From positions 1 through 47,054 of the forward strand of contig JAFSHG010000074.1 in assembly GCA_017440405.1 (NCBI GenBank): a stretch of DNA of 47,054 bases. Direction: 5' to 3'. Origin of the DNA: Clostridia bacterium. GTDB taxonomy: Bacteria > Bacillota > Clostridia > Christensenellales > CAG-138. Positions 37,115 through 45,674 of this stretch are shown here, piece after piece; the stretch's first letter is position 1; each line of letters begins with the position of its first letter. A program made the position numbers and the translations under genes. Under the pieces are notes generated by a model. It did not search any database and was not told the DNA's origin. It was given only the letters and a program-made list of their open reading frames with translations.

Positions 37115-37158
37115 GGGGGAGTACCTTTCTTTTCACGAGAAAAGAAGGGTTCTCCCCC
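37115..37158. other. Very stable 20-bp stem-loop (1 mismatch, 1 G.U; loop ACGA) just after oraE, without a U-tract
   Basis: GGGGGAGTACCTTTCTTTTC-ACGA-GAAAAGAAGGGTTCTCCCCC. Confidence 0.85.
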
Positions 37159-37324
37159 TTAGACCCCCTCTCCAAAGAAAAGCGTCGATTTTTTCTTCAT
37201 TCCTTTTATACTTATCCTCAGTGCGGAATTATAATACACTCACCACACCAAAGAAAAGTGGGGAGTTTTTCCTTTTACTGTCATTTTGCAGGTATACCCG
37301 AAAGCAAAGTGTGGGGTTGGAGTT

Positions 37325-37361
37325 AAAAAAACTGTTGCTTACGAACAGCAACAGCATTTTT
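37325..37361. terminator. Bidirectional rho-independent terminator (murC on minus; ora operon on plus)
   Basis: A7-CTGTTGCT-N7-AGCAACAG-CATTTTT. Confidence 0.8.
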
Positions 37362-37403
37362 ATGTTAAAGTCTTATCTGTATATACTCAAAGAATATAAA
37401 GTA

Positions 37404-38771
37404 TCAGAGCAGTTTCTGAGTTTGTTCCAAGACATCACCGCTGCCCAGAGTTATCACGAGGTCGCCCTCATGTGCATTTGCGTCCAGATAGTCATTTATG
37501 CCTTCAAAGTCCTTGATATATATAGCATTCGCACCCGACTCACATATGGATTTCACCATATCCCGTGCATGGACCGTACCGTCATCTTTCTCACGGCCGG
37601 GGTATATATCGGGAACGAGTACGACATCTGCGGGGAGAAAGCAGTCCGTTTTCTTGCAAAAGAGCGTCTTTGCCCGTGAATAGCTGTTGCACTGGAAAAC
37701 CACATACATTTTCTTGTGCGGAAAACGCTTTGCACCCTCCAAAACTGCCTTTATCTCGCCCGGGTGATGCGCATAGTCATGGTACACCAAGTGGCCGTTC
37801 TTTTCTCCGAAATACTCAAAACGCCTGCGTGCAGGTCTGAACCCCTGCAATGCTTCCTCTATACTCTGTGTGTCAGCTCCCATTTCATGAGCGCATACTG
37901 CCGCCGCAATGGAGTTTAATACGTTATACTCACCTATTACATTCAGCTTCACATCAGCAATTTTATCGTCACCGTGCATGAGCGTATATGAGGGATATCC
38001 ATTTTCATCGTATGTTATGTTTGCAGGATAATACTCTGCATTTTTCATGCCGTATGTGATAGCCCTGCCCTTGTATTCACTGCAAAGTGACTTCACACGC
38101 ATGTCATCGGTACACGCAATGAGCAGTCCGTTTGACGGCATAAGCGATATAAACTTTCTGAAAGCATCCGTTATGTGGTCTATGTCACGGAAATAGTCCA
38201 AGTGGTCATCATCTATGTTGTTCAAAACTATGGTGGTGGGAGTAAGCGAGAGAAAACTTTCCACATATTCACATGCTTCCGTGATGAAGCAGTCTTGATT
38301 TCCTATGTTCACGCCGCATCCCAAAAAGTCAACATAACCGCCCACATGCACCGTGGCATCCATTTTTGCGCATTTATTTATGAGCGCAAGCATGGAAGTT
38401 ATGGTAGTCTTGCCGTGACAGCCCGAAATGCATACTACATGATCATATTCTCCCGACAGTGCGCCCAGAGCGTCGCAGCGTTCCACCTGCCTGATACCGT
38501 GTTCTTTGGCATACATGCGTTCGGGGTTTTCGGGTTTTATGGCAGCCGAATACACGAGCAGGTCGCAATCGCCCACGTTGTCTGCTTGGTGGCCTATAAA
38601 GACACGGATACCGTTTTCCGTAAGCGTCTGTGTGAATGATGATTCCTTTCTGTCGGAGCCTTGAACATAAAAGCCTTTATCCTTGAAAAGCAGAGCAAGA
38701 CCGCTCATGGAACAGCCGCCTATGCCCACAAAATGTATTTTTTTATAGTTGTTAATATCTATTTTCTGCAT
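37404..38771 (-). CDS. murC: UDP-N-acetylmuramate--L-alanine ligase
   Basis: 455 aa. HFVGIGGCSMSGLA and GCHGKTTIT (P-loop), with a Mur ligase middle and C-terminal domain. Confidence 0.96.
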   Translation of the reverse strand: MQKIDINNYKKIHFVGIGGCSMSGLALLFKDKGFYVQGSDRKESSFTQTLTENGIRVFIGHQADNVGDCDLLVYSAAIKPENPERMYAKEHGIRQVERCDALGALSGEYDHVVCISGCHGKTTITSMLALINKCAKMDATVHVGGYVDFLGCGVNIGNQDCFITEACEYVESFLSLTPTTIVLNNIDDDHLDYFRDIDHITDAFRKFISLMPSNGLLIACTDDMRVKSLCSEYKGRAITYGMKNAEYYPANITYDENGYPSYTLMHGDDKIADVKLNVIGEYNVLNSIAAAVCAHEMGADTQSIEEALQGFRPARRRFEYFGEKNGHLVYHDYAHHPGEIKAVLEGAKRFPHKKMYVVFQCNSYSRAKTLFCKKTDCFLPADVVLVPDIYPGREKDDGTVHARDMVKSICESGANAIYIKDFEGINDYLDANAHEGDLVITLGSGDVLEQTQKLL

Positions 38772-38789
38772 ATCGTTCTCCGTGAAAAT

Positions 38790-40304
38790 TTATTCAATTC
38801 TCTTTTTCCTCAAAACCAGATTCTGCTGATGTTCAAACACTGCAAGCACCACGAGTCCCACACCGAAAACTGCTGAAAGTATGGCGAGCACGGTCAGAAT
38901 CCGTTTGAGCATTCGGCTTGCCACTCCGCCCACATCAATGGAAGATGCACCGAATGCGCTTACAAGTGCATCAACACCGCCTGTACTTACCATCTGAGAA
39001 CTCACTTTCTGTATGTATTCAAAAGGTTCACCCGTGGGGGCTTTGGCAATGAGAGTGAAAGTGAGGTCCCTGGCATCGCCCACGTACAGCGTGAGTTCAA
39101 GAGTTTCCTCTCCACCGCCTGCAAGGTCAGTGAATGTACCCACTTTGCCCATTTTTTCTTCCTTCACCTCTATCTCGGTCATATCCACCGTTCCCTTATT
39201 CTTTGCGGTGAAGTCTATGTTTATATAGCCGTCCTCATCTAACGCCTTTGCAACCTCAACTGTAAATTCCATTCCCACTGTTTCGGGGTCTATGTACTCC
39301 CATACAGTGTATGTTTTCGAGACATACTCATATGCCTCACCCGTGGCAAGCGTACCTGTTACTTTGAAGAATACCTCGGACTTTCCTTTTGGATCTTCCA
39401 CATAAGATATATCTCTTGCATCTCCCACGCCCAAGTCAAAGGCATGGACTATTTTCTCCTCGTTTTTATAAACACGAATGCTGGATATGGGCTTATTACC
39501 GTTATTTGCTATTTTTATGATGAACTCCGTTCCGTCCTCATCGGGGTCTTGCGGAAGCACATTCACCGTCATACTCACCGTCACACATTCGAGTGTTATG
39601 GAGTTTCCCCTCAACGACTTTATTTCACCCTCCATCATGTATGACATAATGGGTGATGCCGTCACGTTTTCTTCGCCCATAGTATAATTGTATGTGAAAG
39701 TTTTGGAATCTTTTGCGGGAACGGTACCGCCCTGCACCACGGGCTCTGACGCTATTGCACCGTCTGTAACGGTGATATCCGTCATATCAAAGTCCGAATT
39801 GTTCACCACATTGTATATCAGTTTTACTTCGGAGCCTGTTTCTGCTGCGGGATTGTCACATGAACATGTAAACTCTATAAGTTCTTCGGGCGCAAACGTG
39901 GGCGGCACTGTTTCACCCGGATTGTTTGCGTCATGTATGAACACTGAAACCGATTCCGTTTTTTGCTTGCCGTTTTCCGTCCAACTCATAGCAAATATCA
40001 TATCCTTGCCTATAAAAGACTCGCTCACATAAAAGCCGGGTATGGTTATCTCCTGTGTTGCCCCTGCTGCAATTGCCACGGAACCGAAATCATAGTTTGA
40101 ACCGCCTGCCGAAACACTTATATCCTCCATGGGATATTGCGAATCGTTGTACACGGTAAGGGTAACATCGGTTTTATCTCCCGTAAGAAATGTATCGTTT
40201 GAAAGCGAAACTTCCAATGTGGCTGCATGTGAATGCGGCACTGCAAATACAAAGCACAATGCCAAAAAAAGTGCAACCGCCGTAATCTTTTTTATAAAAC
40301 TCAT
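38790..40304 (-). CDS. Secreted, C-terminally TM-anchored protein made of about four Ig-like (CARDB-like) beta-sandwich modules
   Basis: Signal peptide (..FAVPHSHA). Four roughly 95-110-aa modules of alternating beta pattern. C-terminal TM helix ILTVLAILSAVFGVGLVVLAVF followed by a basic tail. RBS GGAGG. The stop lies 18 nt before the murC start. Confidence 0.68.
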   Translation of the reverse strand: MSFIKKITAVALFLALCFVFAVPHSHAATLEVSLSNDTFLTGDKTDVTLTVYNDSQYPMEDISVSAGGSNYDFGSVAIAAGATQEITIPGFYVSESFIGKDMIFAMSWTENGKQKTESVSVFIHDANNPGETVPPTFAPEELIEFTCSCDNPAAETGSEVKLIYNVVNNSDFDMTDITVTDGAIASEPVVQGGTVPAKDSKTFTYNYTMGEENVTASPIMSYMMEGEIKSLRGNSITLECVTVSMTVNVLPQDPDEDGTEFIIKIANNGNKPISSIRVYKNEEKIVHAFDLGVGDARDISYVEDPKGKSEVFFKVTGTLATGEAYEYVSKTYTVWEYIDPETVGMEFTVEVAKALDEDGYINIDFTAKNKGTVDMTEIEVKEEKMGKVGTFTDLAGGGEETLELTLYVGDARDLTFTLIAKAPTGEPFEYIQKVSSQMVSTGGVDALVSAFGASSIDVGGVASRMLKRILTVLAILSAVFGVGLVVLAVFEHQQNLVLRKKRIE

Positions 40305-40402
40305 GTTACCTCCTCAAAGGGAAATTTGCCCCCGTGCGGTTTTATATTTGTCCGAACGGGAGCTTCCCATTGTATTATTTTTTCATTCGCACTGCGGAAA
40401 GG

Positions 40403-41470
40403 TTATTTTACCTCTGTCACCCAGCCGAACTTATCTTCCACAGTACCACGCTGTATGCCTGTGAGCGTGTCGTAAAGCTGCTGTGAAATCTTGCCTATGC
40501 CGCCGTCGCCTATGGGTATCTTTTCATCCTTGTATGCCAAAAGTCCCACGGGTGAGATAACGGCTGCCGTACCTGTACCGAAAGCTTCCGAAAGTCTGCC
40601 GCTGCGAGCCGCCGTCATGAGTTCTTCCACGGAAACCCTGCGTTCTTCCACCTTGTAGCCCAAGGAGCGAGCAAGCTCTATAACACTCTTTCTGGTTATA
40701 CCGGGAAGAATGCTGCCGTCCAAATCGGGAGTTACTATGGTTCCGTCTATAACAAACATCATGTTCATTGCGCCCACTTCTTCTATGTACTTTCTCTCCT
40801 CACCGTCCAGCCAGAGAACCTGTGCATAACCCTGTTTTGCGGCTTCCTCACCTGCTCTTATGGAGCAAGCATAGTTTCCGCCTGTCTTAGCTTCGCCCGT
40901 TCCGCCGCGCACGGCACGAATGTACTTTTCTTCTATCTTGATCTTTACGGGTGCAAGTCCTTCTTTATAGTATGCGCCCGAGGGGGATGTAATTATGTAA
41001 TAGATATAATTCTTTGCAGCATGAACACCCAGTGCTTCATCATTTGCTATCATGGTAGGACGCAAATAAAGAGATGTGCCTGCACTGGTGGGAATCCAGT
41101 CGCGTTCCACGCTTACAAGTGTTTCCATTGCTTTGAGGTTAAATTCTTCATCTATCTTGGGCATACACATGCGCTCTGCCGAATTATTCAGACGACGGCA
41201 ATTCTCAATCGCACGGAACATGGTGATTTTTCCGTCCTCCGACTTATACGCCTTTAATCCTTCAAATATTTCCTGTGCATAATGCAAAACTGTGGATGAG
41301 GGGTCAAGAGCGAGTCTGTGATACGGCTCTATGCGAGCATCGTGCCAGCCCTTTCCTTCCGTGTACTCCATGATAAACATATGATCCGTGAAAATTCTTC
41401 CGAATCCTAACGAAGCCTCATCTGTGAACTTGGGCTTGAGCTCAGTAGCTCTGGTAATTTTAATATCCAT
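40403..41470 (-). CDS. ilvE: Branched-chain amino acid aminotransferase
   Basis: 355 aa from MDIKITRATELKPKF (RBS AGGAGG, 7 nt spacing). Fold-type IV PLP motifs are present. The 21-aa N-terminal extension in the track is rejected. Confidence 0.94.
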   Translation of the reverse strand: MDIKITRATELKPKFTDEASLGFGRIFTDHMFIMEYTEGKGWHDARIEPYHRLALDPSSTVLHYAQEIFEGLKAYKSEDGKITMFRAIENCRRLNNSAERMCMPKIDEEFNLKAMETLVSVERDWIPTSAGTSLYLRPTMIANDEALGVHAAKNYIYYIITSPSGAYYKEGLAPVKIKIEEKYIRAVRGGTGEAKTGGNYACSIRAGEEAAKQGYAQVLWLDGEERKYIEEVGAMNMMFVIDGTIVTPDLDGSILPGITRKSVIELARSLGYKVEERRVSVEELMTAARSGRLSEAFGTGTAAVISPVGLLAYKDEKIPIGDGGIGKISQQLYDTLTGIQRGTVEDKFGWVTEVK

Positions 41471-41528
41471 AACAAACCTCCTGATTATTCTTGCACGGGT
41501 TATGTACGCACACACCCTCACGACTACA

Positions 41529-41557
41529 ATCATACCACATTATTCCTCTTTATTCAA
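41529..41557 (-). promoter_or_regulatory. Putative ilvE promoter (TTGAAT-17-TATGAT with TGn extension)
   Basis: On the minus strand, the -35 lies at 41557-41552 and the -10 at 41534-41529. Confidence 0.5.
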
Positions 41558-41616
41558 GTCATATTTTGGCGCAACATACCTTATATACACTCACTGTTTT
41601 TTACTCAAAACCGTAT

Positions 41617-41645
41617 AAAAAAACCCGTGTGCCTCTGCCACGGGG
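41617..41645 (-). terminator. Orphan minus-strand intrinsic terminator upstream of the ilvE promoter
   Basis: On the minus strand, CCCGTGGC-AGAG-GC(A)CACGGG is followed by TTTTTTT. No annotated minus-strand gene precedes it. Confidence 0.5.
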
Positions 41646-41765
41646 AATTATTATAAAAACAGACAATATCCGATTGGAAAATTATGGAAGCGGACTTTCT
41701 TTTTTCGGAAATATAGTGTATAATGCAGTTGAAGATATAAATCATATGACAAAAGGAGAATGGAA

Positions 41766-42635
41766 ATGCCCGTTTTCGATTTATTCAAAAACAACCAAAA
41801 ACATCCTACATCACAGGAGGAACCCGAACAGCTCGGAAAAAGATATGCGGAGATAGATGTGGATGAGATAATTCCGAATCCGAATCAACCTCGCACCGTC
41901 TTTGATGATGACGCTTTGGAAGAACTTGCCCAGTCCATACAGCAGGTGGGGCTTATTCAACCGCTGCTTGTACGCAAGACCGACACGGGTTATGAGCTTG
42001 TGGCGGGCGAAAGACGGCTTCGTGCAGTAAAAAAACTCGGATTCATAAAAGTCCCCTGCTTAGTTCAGGACAGTATGGACTCGGAAGAATCTGCACTCAT
42101 GGCAATCATAGAAAATTTGCAAAGAGAGAATCTGGGTTACATGGAAGAAGCACAATGCTATGCTGCCATGCTCGAAAAATACTCACTCACACAGGAACAG
42201 CTTGCAATGCGACTCGGAAAAAGTCAGTCCTGCATAGCGAACAAGCTCCGTCTTTTAAAACTCAGTGCGCCCGTGGCAGAAGCACTCTCTGAGGCAGGAC
42301 TGAGTGAGCGTCATGCCCGTGAAATAATAAGACTAAAAGACGAAAAAGAGCAGCTCGATGCCATAGCTATCATAAAGGAGCGCAGTCTCTCTGTGAAAGA
42401 CACGGAAAGATATGTCACCAAGCATTTGGACGGTCTGTTTGCAGAGGGCAAGGCACCTCGCCCTCGACCCATAATAATGCGCGTCATGAAAGACTACCGC
42501 GCTTTTATGAATTCCATAAACAACGCCGTAGAAATGTTGCGTGATTCAGGATTAGATGTGCAGGTCACACAAAAAGACCGTGAGGACGGCGTGGATATAG
42601 CGATAAGCGTCACCCGCCACCCCGATGTACAATAA
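41766..42635 (+). CDS. ParB/Spo0J/Noc-family CTPase DNA-binding protein (Noc-like), no adjacent ParA
   Basis: ParB N-terminal motifs (I.PNPNQPR, GERRLRA) and the HTH LTQEQLAMRLGKSQSCIANKLRLL. ATG 41766 (7 nt after AGGAG) is preferred over 41760. Confidence 0.85.
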   Translation: MPVFDLFKNNQKHPTSQEEPEQLGKRYAEIDVDEIIPNPNQPRTVFDDDALEELAQSIQQVGLIQPLLVRKTDTGYELVAGERRLRAVKKLGFIKVPCLVQDSMDSEESALMAIIENLQRENLGYMEEAQCYAAMLEKYSLTQEQLAMRLGKSQSCIANKLRLLKLSAPVAEALSEAGLSERHAREIIRLKDEKEQLDAIAIIKERSLSVKDTERYVTKHLDGLFAEGKAPRPRPIIMRVMKDYRAFMNSINNAVEMLRDSGLDVQVTQKDREDGVDIAISVTRHPDVQ

Positions 42636-42643
42636 AAATCAAT

Positions 42644-42680
42644 AAGCTTTCCGACACCAAATTTTCGGGAGGCTTTTTTT
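42644..42680 (+). terminator. Terminator after the parB-like gene
   Basis: AAGCTTTCCGA-N9-TTCGGGAGGCTT (two G.U pairs) followed by TTTTT. Confidence 0.65.
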
Positions 42681-42821
42681 ATGTGATTTTGACATTTTTT
42701 GGTACGAACAGTTTTTTAACAGCGAAAAAGCGTCTTTTATAAGTCAAATATACATATTGCATAAGGGTTAAAACTTTTTTCGCTTTTATTGATACATACT
42801 GTTATAAAACGGGGAAAACCC

Positions 42822-42850
42822 TTGCTTTTGCAAAAGTGCAATGCTATATT
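42822..42850 (+). promoter_or_regulatory. Putative promoter of the P-type ATPase (TTGCTT-17-TATATT); the spacer contains the palindrome TTTTGCAAAA
   Basis: Read directly from the sequence, about 40 nt upstream of ATG 42890. Confidence 0.4.
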
Positions 42851-42889
42851 ATTATCCATAGATTTGGGAAAATAAAAGGGAGGAATTAA

Positions 42890-45514
42890 ATGTTACCTTA
42901 CAGCAGTTCCAAAGACAAAGTTTTAACTGAACTCAACACCGAGATGCAATCGGGTCTTTCACATGTTGAAGTAATCTCGCGCCAAGAAAAATACGGTGCA
43001 AATAAGCTTCGTGAAAAAAAGAAAAAGACGACTTTCCAGCGGTTCATGGACCAGTTCAAAGACGCAATGATACTCATCTTGCTCGCCGCCGCTGCAATCT
43101 CTTTTGTAATTGCATGTGTAAATAATGAGCCAAACGAGTTTTTTGAACCCATCCTTATCTTGCTCATTGTAATACTGAATGCCATAATGGGTGTTATGCA
43201 GGAGAGCAAGGCAGAAAAGGCACTGGAAGCTTTGAAAAACATGTCGGCCCCTCACGCAAGAGTTATCCGTGACGGTGCAGAACAGATAGTGGAAGCATCC
43301 GAGCTTGTTCCGGGCGACATTATAAGGCTTGAAGCGGGCGACTTTGTACCCGCAGATGCACGACTTCTGCGCAGTGCAGGTCTCAAAAGCGAGGAATCCG
43401 CACTCACGGGTGAATCCGTACCGTCCGAAAAAGACTCGGAAGTGGTAACGGATGAAAAATCACCGTTGGGCGACAGATCAAACATGGTATTTTCCGGCTG
43501 TTCCATCACATACGGTACCGCAACCGCTGTTGTAACCGCAACGGGAATGGACACCGAAATGGGTAAGATAGCAAACCTTTTGGAAGGCGAAGAGGACGGA
43601 ATGACACCCTTGCAGGAAAAACTGGCACAGCTCGGCAAGTATTTGGGATTTATGGCACTTATTGCATGTGCAATACTCTTTGTCATAGGCATTGTGGATG
43701 ATCATGAGCCGCTCGATATGTTCATGACTGCCGTTTCACTTGCTGTTTCGGCAATCCCCGAAGGTCTTCCTGCCATAGTCACCATTGTTCTTTCCATAGG
43801 CGTTCAGAGAATGGTAAAGAAAAATACCATTATTCGCAGACTTCCCGCTGTTGAAACATTGGGAAGCGCATCCGTAATATGCTCCGATAAAACGGGTACA
43901 CTCACTCAGAACCGTATGACGCTGGTAAAGGCATACAGAGACGGTGAAAACGGTGTTGAGAAAATAAGCAACGAAAACTCGGACGGCATATGCAAGCTCC
44001 TCATGTATGCTACTTTGTGTTGCGACGGTTCTGTGATATTCAACGGCACACAGGAACAGCACATTGGCGACCCCACGGAAACTGCCATAGTGCTTGCCGC
44101 TCACAAAAACGGTATGCCCAAAGATACCCTCACTTCCAAGTATCCCAGAATGGCTGAAATTCCTTTCGATTCAAACAGAAAACTCATGACCACCGTAAAC
44201 AGAATAGACGGCAAAAACATTGTAATCGTAAAGGGCGCTTTTGACATGATGATTTCACGCTGCATAAGCGGTGATTTGGAAAGCGCAAAGCGTTTCACGG
44301 ATGAAATGAGTTCGGATGCACTGCGTGTGCTTGCAGTGGCATACAAAGAGATAGACGAAGTTCCCGAAAATCCCACATCGGAGCAGCTTGAATGCGACCT
44401 GATATTCATGGGACTTGTAGGCATGATAGACCCGCCCCGTCCCGAAGCTAAGGTTGCTGTTGACACTTGCAGAAAAGCAGGTATCCGTCCCGTCATGATA
44501 ACGGGTGACCACGTGGTAACAGCTTGTGCCATAGCAAAGGACCTCGGCATACTGCAAGAGGGCGATAAGGCACTCACAGGTGCAGACTTAGACCGCATGA
44601 CGGACTCTGAATTGGACGAAATGGTGGAGGAAGTTTCCGTGTATGCACGAGTTTCCCCCGAAGATAAGATTCGCATAGTAAAATCATGGCAGCGAAAAGA
44701 TCAGGTAGTTTCCATGACGGGCGACGGTGTAAACGATGCACCTGCACTGAAAGCAGCCGACATAGGTTGTGCAATGGGTATCACGGGTACCGATGTGGCA
44801 AAGGGTGCTGCGGATATGACTCTCACCGACGATAATTTTGCAACCATTGTTGATGCCGTACAGGAAGGCAGAGGCATATATGCAAACATTAAAAAAGTTG
44901 TGGGCTATCTCCTCGGTACAAACATAGGCGAAGTTATAACCGTATTCTTTGCAATGCTTCTTTGGAAAGAAACACCGCTCCTTTCTATGCAGCTTCTGTG
45001 GATAAATCTTGTGACGGACAGTCTTCCCGCTATCTGTTTGGGCATGGAGGCAGTGGAGTCCGATGTGATGCAGCAAAAGCCCAAGCCCAAGAACGAAGGT
45101 CTTTTTGCTCACGGTTTCGGTGTCAGAACAGTGCTCCAAGGCGTTATGTTCGGCATCATTTCACTTGCCGCATTCAGAATAGGTTGGGGACTTGAACAAG
45201 ACATAGATGCAGGAAGAACCATGGCATTCATGGTGCTTGCACTGTCACAGGTGGTACAGGCGTATAACATGAGAAGTGAACATTCACTGTTTAAGATTGG
45301 CCCCTTCACCAACACCAAACTGAATTGGGCTGCACTCTCATCTGTTATTCTGGTTGCAATACTTCTTTTCGTACCGCCCATTTCAAAGGTTTTCGGTCTG
45401 ACGCATCTCACAACGAGCGAATACCTCATAGGACTGGGACTTATTCTCACTCCCTTTGTGGTAATGGAGATTGCAAAAGCACTCGGTTTCATAAAGCATC
45501 ATAACCGCAAATAA
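42890..45514 (+). CDS. P-type (P2) Ca2+-transporting ATPase
   Basis: 874 aa. Motifs TGES, CSDKTGTLT, MITGD and TGDGVNDAPALK, with ten predicted TM segments. Confidence 0.94.
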   Translation: MLPYSSSKDKVLTELNTEMQSGLSHVEVISRQEKYGANKLREKKKKTTFQRFMDQFKDAMILILLAAAAISFVIACVNNEPNEFFEPILILLIVILNAIMGVMQESKAEKALEALKNMSAPHARVIRDGAEQIVEASELVPGDIIRLEAGDFVPADARLLRSAGLKSEESALTGESVPSEKDSEVVTDEKSPLGDRSNMVFSGCSITYGTATAVVTATGMDTEMGKIANLLEGEEDGMTPLQEKLAQLGKYLGFMALIACAILFVIGIVDDHEPLDMFMTAVSLAVSAIPEGLPAIVTIVLSIGVQRMVKKNTIIRRLPAVETLGSASVICSDKTGTLTQNRMTLVKAYRDGENGVEKISNENSDGICKLLMYATLCCDGSVIFNGTQEQHIGDPTETAIVLAAHKNGMPKDTLTSKYPRMAEIPFDSNRKLMTTVNRIDGKNIVIVKGAFDMMISRCISGDLESAKRFTDEMSSDALRVLAVAYKEIDEVPENPTSEQLECDLIFMGLVGMIDPPRPEAKVAVDTCRKAGIRPVMITGDHVVTACAIAKDLGILQEGDKALTGADLDRMTDSELDEMVEEVSVYARVSPEDKIRIVKSWQRKDQVVSMTGDGVNDAPALKAADIGCAMGITGTDVAKGAADMTLTDDNFATIVDAVQEGRGIYANIKKVVGYLLGTNIGEVITVFFAMLLWKETPLLSMQLLWINLVTDSLPAICLGMEAVESDVMQQKPKPKNEGLFAHGFGVRTVLQGVMFGIISLAAFRIGWGLEQDIDAGRTMAFMVLALSQVVQAYNMRSEHSLFKIGPFTNTKLNWAALSSVILVAILLFVPPISKVFGLTHLTTSEYLIGLGLILTPFVVMEIAKALGFIKHHNRK

Positions 45515-45528
45515 AGTCGCATAATTTG

Positions 45529-45560
45529 AAAGCCCCCGGTTAGGCGGGGCTTTTTGTTTT
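45529..45560 (+). terminator. Terminator of the ATPase gene
   Basis: AAAGCCCC-N9-GGGGCTTT followed by TTGTTTT. Confidence 0.75.
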
Positions 45561-45674
45561 ATGCAACAAGCTGTTTATATTTTTAGTGGGGATCTCGCAA
45601 GAAAAGTTTCACTTGTCAGTAACCAAATGTGTTTTTTATGTTGAAGGCAGTTTCCTACCTTAACTTATTTGGGT

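Noticed and set aside
37159-37200. 13-codon minus-strand ORF (MKKKSTLFFGEGV) ending exactly at the 20-bp hairpin; possible leader peptide
   Set aside because: The RBS spacing is wrong (AAGGA abuts the ATG and GAGGA is 14 nt away). There is no downstream gene to regulate, because it would read antisense into oraE.
41471-41533. 21-aa N-terminal extension of ilvE in the ORF track
   Set aside because: A strong AGGAGG RBS precedes the internal ATG at 41470. The extension overlaps the predicted -10 element and does not resemble IlvE N-termini.
41471-41616. T-box leader upstream of ilvE
   Set aside because: There is no T-box sequence (..GGTGGTACCGCG..) or specifier-loop architecture. The predicted 5' UTR is only about 50 nt.
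41605-41745. 46-aa minus-strand ORF spanning the orphan terminator
   Set aside because: It has no RBS, its coding frame runs through the terminator hairpin and T-tract, and its composition is implausible.
42681-42889. yybP-ykoY (Mn2+) or another riboswitch upstream of the P-type ATPase
   Set aside because: There is no GGGGAGTAG-type core or four-way-junction pattern. Only a promoter-like element and a weak 10-bp inverted repeat with a 45-nt loop are present.
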